A DNA stretch of 64,000 bases, taken from the NCBI GenBank assembly GCA_040954595.2, contig CM082580.2, positions 11,918,909 through 11,982,908 on the forward strand, read 5' to 3'. Of the stretch, positions 59,173-64,000 are shown piece after piece. Made by a program: the position numbers and the translations under genes. Each line of letters opens with the position of its first letter. Position 1 is the first letter of the stretch. The notes below the pieces were generated by a model, which saw only the letters and a program-made list of their open reading frames with translations, searched no databases and was not told the DNA's origin. This DNA is from Balanoglossus misakiensis (lineage: Eukaryota; Animalia; Hemichordata).

Positions 59173-62100
59173 CTAGGTCCATGGATTCTTGCTACCACTG
59201 CTTTCTATGGAATCTGGCGGGGTGAAGGAAATAAAACATGATCAGAATTGGGGTGATGCAATCAAATGGAAAGAGATGCTAAATTGAGACAAAGTTTTGG
59301 ACATTTTTGTTTTGTGGTAAAAGCTTACTGCACATTGCCATGATGTTGGTTATCACAGCTGCAGTACTCAGACAGTACTTGTTGATCTAAAATACAAGTC
59401 TGAATCAATTTCTATCTCTATCAGTCGCAGAGAAAGCAAATGTTTTACCTGAAAGTGAGGCCGACTGGCTGGCATTGGATCGCCTAGTTTCGATTTCCGC
59501 AGTACTGAGTTGTCTTAAATCTTTCTTTGACCTTCTCACTGGAGTAAGGTCACCTTGACCTTGGTCGTCTCTGGCGCTGCGAGGCGTTCTGTTGTCACTT
59601 CGAGCACTGGGAAAACCACTGCTCATGTCGTCACCTTCTCCTGCAATAAAAGAAGTTATATTGGAGGATTCAGATTGCTAGGCAACAGTTGCCAGGGAGA
59701 AATTTCACAATCAAAATCATTGTTCTGATGATTTCCTTTAAGATCATGGGACGTTACTTTTTTTTAAATGGCTCATAGATAACAGCTCTATCTTTTTACA
59801 AGCCTCACAAGCATTCATTTACCTTGGCTGAGGTGTGATATAAGTCCACTGGCCATGAGCTCTTTCAATTTCTTCTTCAACTCTCTGCTCGTTTTCTTGT
59901 AATAGTACAGGTCCTTCTCCAACTGCTGTATCTTGGCTTCAGTTCTGGAAAAGTGATTTTGCATTCAAACACTTCAGAATGTATTTATATCTGATTCACT
60001 TCACACGCATGCATATAATAACTGAATTGTTTTTGTCGGTCCCCTTTGGGGGTTTCAAAGTGGAGTTCATGGTTTGATAAAGGACCATCAGTGTGAACAG
60101 TTTGGTTGCAAACCAGAATTTGAGATAAAGAGAGCATGTAGAATTATTACACACTTGAGATCCAAGGGGACTTCTGCACCAGGTTCCGCGGAAATCTGTT
60201 TCATCAAGAGTTGGAATTTCTGTTCGTATTCTCTCTGTTGCATTGTTATCTTTCGGTCTTTTTCCATGGCAGTCTTCTGTAATGCATTTTCTAAATCATG
60301 AATCACTCTCTCTTGTTCATCAATTTTCATCTGAAATGAAAATAAGATATTATAGTCATTTCAATTGCAACGCCACTTTGGATCAGTTCAAATAAGCATA
60401 AAATGTCAGAAACCTGCAAACTTATCTTCTTCTACAAACGCTATCATTTTGTTCAATACTACACACATCTCACCTCCAGTTCACTAACTGCTAGTTCCTT
60501 CCTTTTCTCGGACTCGCGGAGGCCAACAACTTTGTCAAAATATTTTGTGAGCAGTGTCCTGGTCTCTGTTGCTGAAAGACTATTTAGTTTGTTCATCACG
60601 CTGTCTTCGTTCTGTAAAAAGAGACAGGGTCTTTACTCATTTACAAAGTCATCTCAAAATGTGCTATAAACTCGATGCACACTGTGTTCAGAATGGTGAA
60701 ACACACCACCAAGTGGTGAGAATTAATTGTCTCACACAAAGAGGTGAGAGTGAAATCATGAGGAGAGTAAAGAATTCCAGCAGAGATACTTTACCTGTGA
60801 TAGATAGCCACTTCTTCTCAGGTCCTCCTGCTGGTATTGTATTGTATCGCTCTTGAACTCAATGGCCGCATCCACTGCCTCTATGGCTTCATCCAACTCT
60901 ATCAACCTGTGTGCCACGGAAGAAATGATAGATTAATGTTTGTTTTTTATGGAATACTTGGACCTCTATAAAAAGAAATTTGGGTGAAGATATGTAATAT
61001 TTTCTTGAGAAGTACAATGTACATCAATCACAGAGACGGTATCCAAGAAGGTTTCGTGGGCAATGAAACAAATCTGAAACCTGCACACAAATGACTGTGA
61101 CTTACTTTCTCTCTTCGGACGGTGACAGGAGGCTCCCCAGATGAAGTTTTTCATCCAGAATTGATCTTTGTTTATTCAGTCTGTCCCTGTGTGTGTGAAT
61201 GAAAAAAAACAAATACCAATGGTTGTAAATGGAAAACTTACAATAACCGTCGATTTAACATACATCATAGTGCATCAGGATCACTTTGCTGGGCTGAATC
61301 ATTCAGAGTACACACACAGTTGTGACGAGTCTGTCTATGTATTCAGAAAATGTTGATTTTGAAATATACACATATTACAGTCTACAGATATGTTCTTCTT
61401 ACCTGTCCTTCCTGAGTGATTTCAGGTCGTCTTTTATTTTATCTTTCTCTCCATCCACACTCTGTCGAAGCTCCATACTTTTCCGTTCAATCTCTTTCTC
61501 CACTGTATTTATCTTATTGGCAAGTCCCAGCATGTCCTGAGCAATATGTTGAACAAAGAAGTTGACTTTATGATCAAGTATATAAAACTCTCAAGTATTC
61601 GCATTTACATGTATGGTTGAATGATTTTGTTTGGTCTATTAGTAACACTGGAGGTCAATAAATGTATCATGCAATATTGACTGGGTCTCACTTTTGATAA
61701 CACTTGACTTGATCTCAGTTTCTTCATTTCAAGTCCACTTTTCTGGGCAAGCATGGCTTCTTTCTGTCCAATGACCACCTCACGTTTCATCAGTTCCTGC
61801 AAGAAACATCATGAGATATTTTAGAGTTCTGTTCTGACAAGTTATTAGCGTGAACAACATGTACAACAGCACAGTTGTCATGACAATAGTTGAAAGGTGA
61901 TCACAAAAACCTCTGTATTATAAACCCTCATGAGCAATCACTCGTCTCTCACCTCTTCAATTTTCTGAATTCTCTGTTTTCTCTCGATGACTTTCTCTAC
62001 TTCATTGTCCAGCCATTTCTTTTGTTCTTCAACCTTGTGTTGATCTTCACTGACAATCTGAGCACTGCCTTGTCTCAATCTCCTCTGGGCTGCGGCAACC

Positions 62101-63616
62101 TACAGATTGCAGCGAAAGTCTTATCAGGATCACTACTCTCAAAATTACTCAACAGTTCACACAAATTTTCAAGGAGTATTCTCAGATAAAAACTCCCAGT
62201 TCGATATTTTCCAAAAAGCAATTTTTCTGGGACTTTCAAAGTCAGACTACATACCTCCTCTGTTTTCCGTTTTAATATTTTCTGTTGCTGCTCATTTCGG
62301 ATTTCCAATTCTTTTATTCTCTGCTGGTCTCTCTGCATCTCGCGCTGAAACAAAACGAAGGCATGTTGATTGTCATGACTTTGTAGGAATGACACAATCT
62401 TAGTCGTACATCCCATCGGTGCAATTCATGAATGAACTCAACTTCAACATCTTCACCAAATTCCTCTTTTGCAGTAATATTTAAGGGGAGAATTCTTACT
62501 TCCAGCTTGACTTTTCTGTCGGCCTCTTCCTTCAATCTCCTTTGCAACAACTCCTGCTGTTGTCTCATCTTGTCAACTGCATGTTCCAAATCTGTCACTT
62601 TCTTTTCGTTTTGTGTCTGCATCTTGATCACCTTTTGTGATTCCTGAAGTGAAGTTTTGTGATCAGAAAAATAAATCCTATAGCACGATTTTCCAGACTG
62701 CTTTGGCGCATGAAGTGAACACACCAATACACAACCTTACACTATCCTTGTGCGTTTGGACATGACCCTATACAGGGCTATCATGCCAACGTTTTCCGCT
62801 GTATAAACATTTAGAAATTATTGTCATTGTTCTTAAAAGACCAGAATATTGTGACACTTCCACAAACTTACACTCTGTCGTCTTTCTAAAGCTTTAATCT
62901 TCATCTTGGCAGCATCCACTTTCTTCCTATAGTCAGTCTGTATTTTCTGTTTTTCTAGGTTTTCCTGTTGCTCTTTGGTTTCCAAATCTTTCAATGTTTT
63001 CTGTGCTTCAAGTAGCTCTTGTTTGGCAGTCTCGGACTCCTGTAGACAAAACAATATGTACACTATTACACAGCTTTCTCTGGGCTCAAATCAACAAGTA
63101 AAACGATTGATAGTAAAAAAGCGAAGTCTTTCCTCTCAATAACCTATGTGTACACAGTATGATTTCAAATCAACTCAAGTAGCTCATTCTAGTGTTTGCT
63201 TTACCTTGTGTAACTGTCTGATTTGGGAGGAGTATTTCTTGTTCATAGCCTCAGACTCTTTACTTGTTTTCACAAGTTCTCTGATCAAGCCTTCCTTTAA
63301 CCTGAAATGAAAGAATGAGAAAATCTTGCTACAGATAGACAATACTGATGTGAAAAGTTTATTGATGTTTACTGTAACCATTTCCTTGATGCAATCTTAT
63401 ATTTTGTAACTTGAGTGCTGTGGTATCTGGAATCAGTGCACAAACAAATCAGAGCCCCAAATTCTTACTTGATATTTAGAGACAAATCTCTCATCTTTTG
63501 CTGTGCCTCCTGTAGTCTAATACTCGACTGCCTGACTTGTTGTTTGGTCTTCTCCGTACTCACTCGGAGCTTGTCCACTTCGGAGGTCTCATCCCCTGTG
63601 GAAACAGTTCTACTAT
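59173..63616 (-). CDS. KIF27: 3' portion of a KIF27/KIF7 (Costal-2 family) kinesin-4, coiled-coil tail; the gene continues past the window
   Basis: Exons encode QQKMRDLSLNIK|LKEGLIRELVK, LKEEADRKVKLE, QQKILKRKTEE, KKWLDNEVEKVI, KLRSSQVLSK, ELDEAIEAVDAAIEFK, LSKYFDKVVGLRE and KIQQLEKDLYYYKKTSRELKKKLKEL. The last exon reads DSIESSGSKNPWT* (TAG 59173-59175). Confidence 0.88.
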
Positions 63617-64000
63617 CTGCCAACAGCAAAAAACACATGAAGGTTTTCAAATCATGTACACTACTTAAAATGGGGATATGTAAGCTTTATTACAATACTT
63701 GATTTGACCATGTAGTTGGACCTGCCACGTTTGTAGGGTGACCGTGGATCCATATACACAAAACGGGGATGAAAGTTGCTACATTACAGAAAATACTGAA
63801 AAAAATTGTCAGAGTTACAGCTATGTTTCAATGAAAGCAAAAAAAACAGTCACTAATTTTTAAATTATACCTGTTTTAGATTTAAACTATTCACAAACTG
63901 ACACAATCACACACACATCTCCACTGCTGATTCTTAGAGAAGTTAGCTTTAAAACTAAGCGAAAGAAGTTAGGCATTGACGGGTTATTGTTCTGATCAAT

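Overview
Intron-rich eukaryotic DNA from an invertebrate animal, probably a marine deuterostome (inferred from gene content and mosaic CpG depletion). Left to right: the 3' end of a BBS12-like gene (+); FBXL4 (-); two tandem peroxisomal bifunctional enzyme genes (EHHADH-like, +), the first head-to-head with FBXL4; a ~36.5 kb, ~44-exon gene for a ~2,200 aa four-repeat cyclic-nucleotide-gated K+ channel (CNGK/tetraKCNG type, +) with an 18.2 kb first intron; and the 3' half of a KIF27/KIF7-like kinesin (-). Best leads: (1) a tandemly duplicated, probably mutually exclusive 69-nt exon pair in EHHADH copy 1, encoding the dehydrogenase GFxxNR active-site segment, with a third variant in copy 2; (2) DR1 nuclear-receptor elements at matching positions in both EHHADH paralogs; (3) in the channel, a frame-preserving sequon-rich cassette exon, an ectopic fifth GYGD motif in the repeat-II S1-S2 loop, and a degenerate fourth CNBD; (4) an octamer/SPH/TATA/T5 island resembling an snRNA-type promoter; (5) a 220 bp hairpin-ended element with a 9 bp target-site duplication. 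Exon boundaries were read by eye, and homology calls rest on recalled family motifs, not database searches.
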